From an uncultured Candidatus Saccharibacteria bacterium (lineage in GTDB: Bacteria; Patescibacteriota; Minisyncoccia; Phycocordibacterales; UBA918), in NCBI GenBank assembly GCA_964347215.1, contig CAYFXS010000001.1, positions 1-44,494 on the forward strand: a stretch of DNA of 44,494 nucleotides, in the 5' to 3' direction. Positions 44,177-44,494 of this stretch are shown piece after piece. How positions within the stretch are numbered: position 1 is the first letter of the stretch; every line of letters starts with the position of its first letter. The translations under genes were made by a program, and so were the position numbers. The notes beneath the pieces are model-generated. The model worked only from the letters and a program-made list of their open reading frames with translations. It ran no database searches and was not told the DNA's origin.

Positions 44177-44494
44177 ATGCAGAAAAAGTGGTTAGCTCCA
44201 TTGGTCTTGGTGGTGGCAATAGCTAGTTGTTTGGTTTGGTTTTTTAGTCAGAGTACAGCTGTGGTGAAAGAGGTTCTAATTACAGATAGTGGCTTTGTCC
44301 CAACCAGTCTAGATATCACAGTTGGGGAGACAGTTAGGTTTGTTAATCAATCTGGCCGTGATGCATGGCCAGCTTCTGACTCCCATCCTAGTCATGGAAT
44401 ATGGTCAGACTTTGACCCTCTGAAGCCATTGCTAGATGAAGAGAGTTGGGAATTTACTTTTGATCGTTTAGGCTCTTGGTCTTATCACGATCAT
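44177..44494 (+). CDS. Membrane-anchored cupredoxin-like protein, 4th copy (runs off the right edge of the window)
   Basis: An ATG at 44177 opens the frame MQKKWLAPLVLVVAIASCLVWFF...FVPTSLDITVGETVRFVNQSGRDAWPASDSHPSHGIWSDFDP...WEFTFDRLGSWSYHDH, which stays open to the end of the window. Confidence 0.8.
   Translation, partial: MQKKWLAPLVLVVAIASCLVWFFSQSTAVVKEVLITDSGFVPTSLDITVGETVRFVNQSGRDAWPASDSHPSHGIWSDFDPLKPLLDEESWEFTFDRLGSWSYHDH

Noticed and set aside
1-44494. I looked for mobile-element genes (transposase, integrase, phage structural genes), rRNA genes, toxin-antitoxin pairs and known defence-system signatures.
   Set aside because: No translated ORF shows DDE, tyrosine or serine recombinase, HNH, or similar motifs that I could recognise. 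The only mobility-like signals are the two ~145-nt palindromic elements and the G+C-rich insertion, which are reported separately.

Overview
This window is a chromosomal origin region followed by an accessory region of secreted proteins. The genome looks small, with moderate to low G+C. The compact gene versions and the surface-protein paralog families suggest a Patescibacteria/CPR-like organism, but that is inference only.

Core part (1-22.8 kb):
- yidC(partial)-rnpA-rpmH lie divergent from dnaA-dnaN, with DnaA-box clusters on both sides of dnaA.
- After these come a DUF721-like gene, a class A PBP, tyrS, the ruvB-yebC-ruvC operon and a 530-nt noncoding locus.
- Then come a PilB/GspE ATPase, tsaE-polA-holA, a voltage-gated-type channel, pgeF, tRNA-Lys(UUU), a SpoU methyltransferase, murE, ruvA and an Lnt-like acyltransferase.

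Accessory part (22.8-44.5 kb), almost all predicted extracytoplasmic or unusual:
1. Six paralogs of a paired-cysteine, His-rich protein family carry a C-x-HG-x-GHG motif. They sit in two loci that bracket the rest of the region.
2. Four copies of a cupredoxin-like domain have a conserved WPAS-x-x-HP-x-H ... YHDH signature and no Cys ligand. Two copies are fused to family 1 and two stand alone.
3. A cytoplasmic module contains PRPP synthase, two fusions of a type I phosphoribosyltransferase domain to a PQQ-like beta-propeller, a sulfatase-fold enzyme without the C-x-P-x-R motif, and an Asp/Asn beta-hydroxylase-family cupin. A Ser/Tyr/Gly-rich secreted protein lies immediately downstream.
4. A roughly 0.9-kb G+C-rich two-gene insertion splits the cupredoxin paralogs. 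Both of its genes are preceded by the same ~55-nt promoter/leader repeat.

No CRISPR array, transposase, integrase or rRNA was seen. All functional calls rest on motifs I could read in the translations. No database search was possible.
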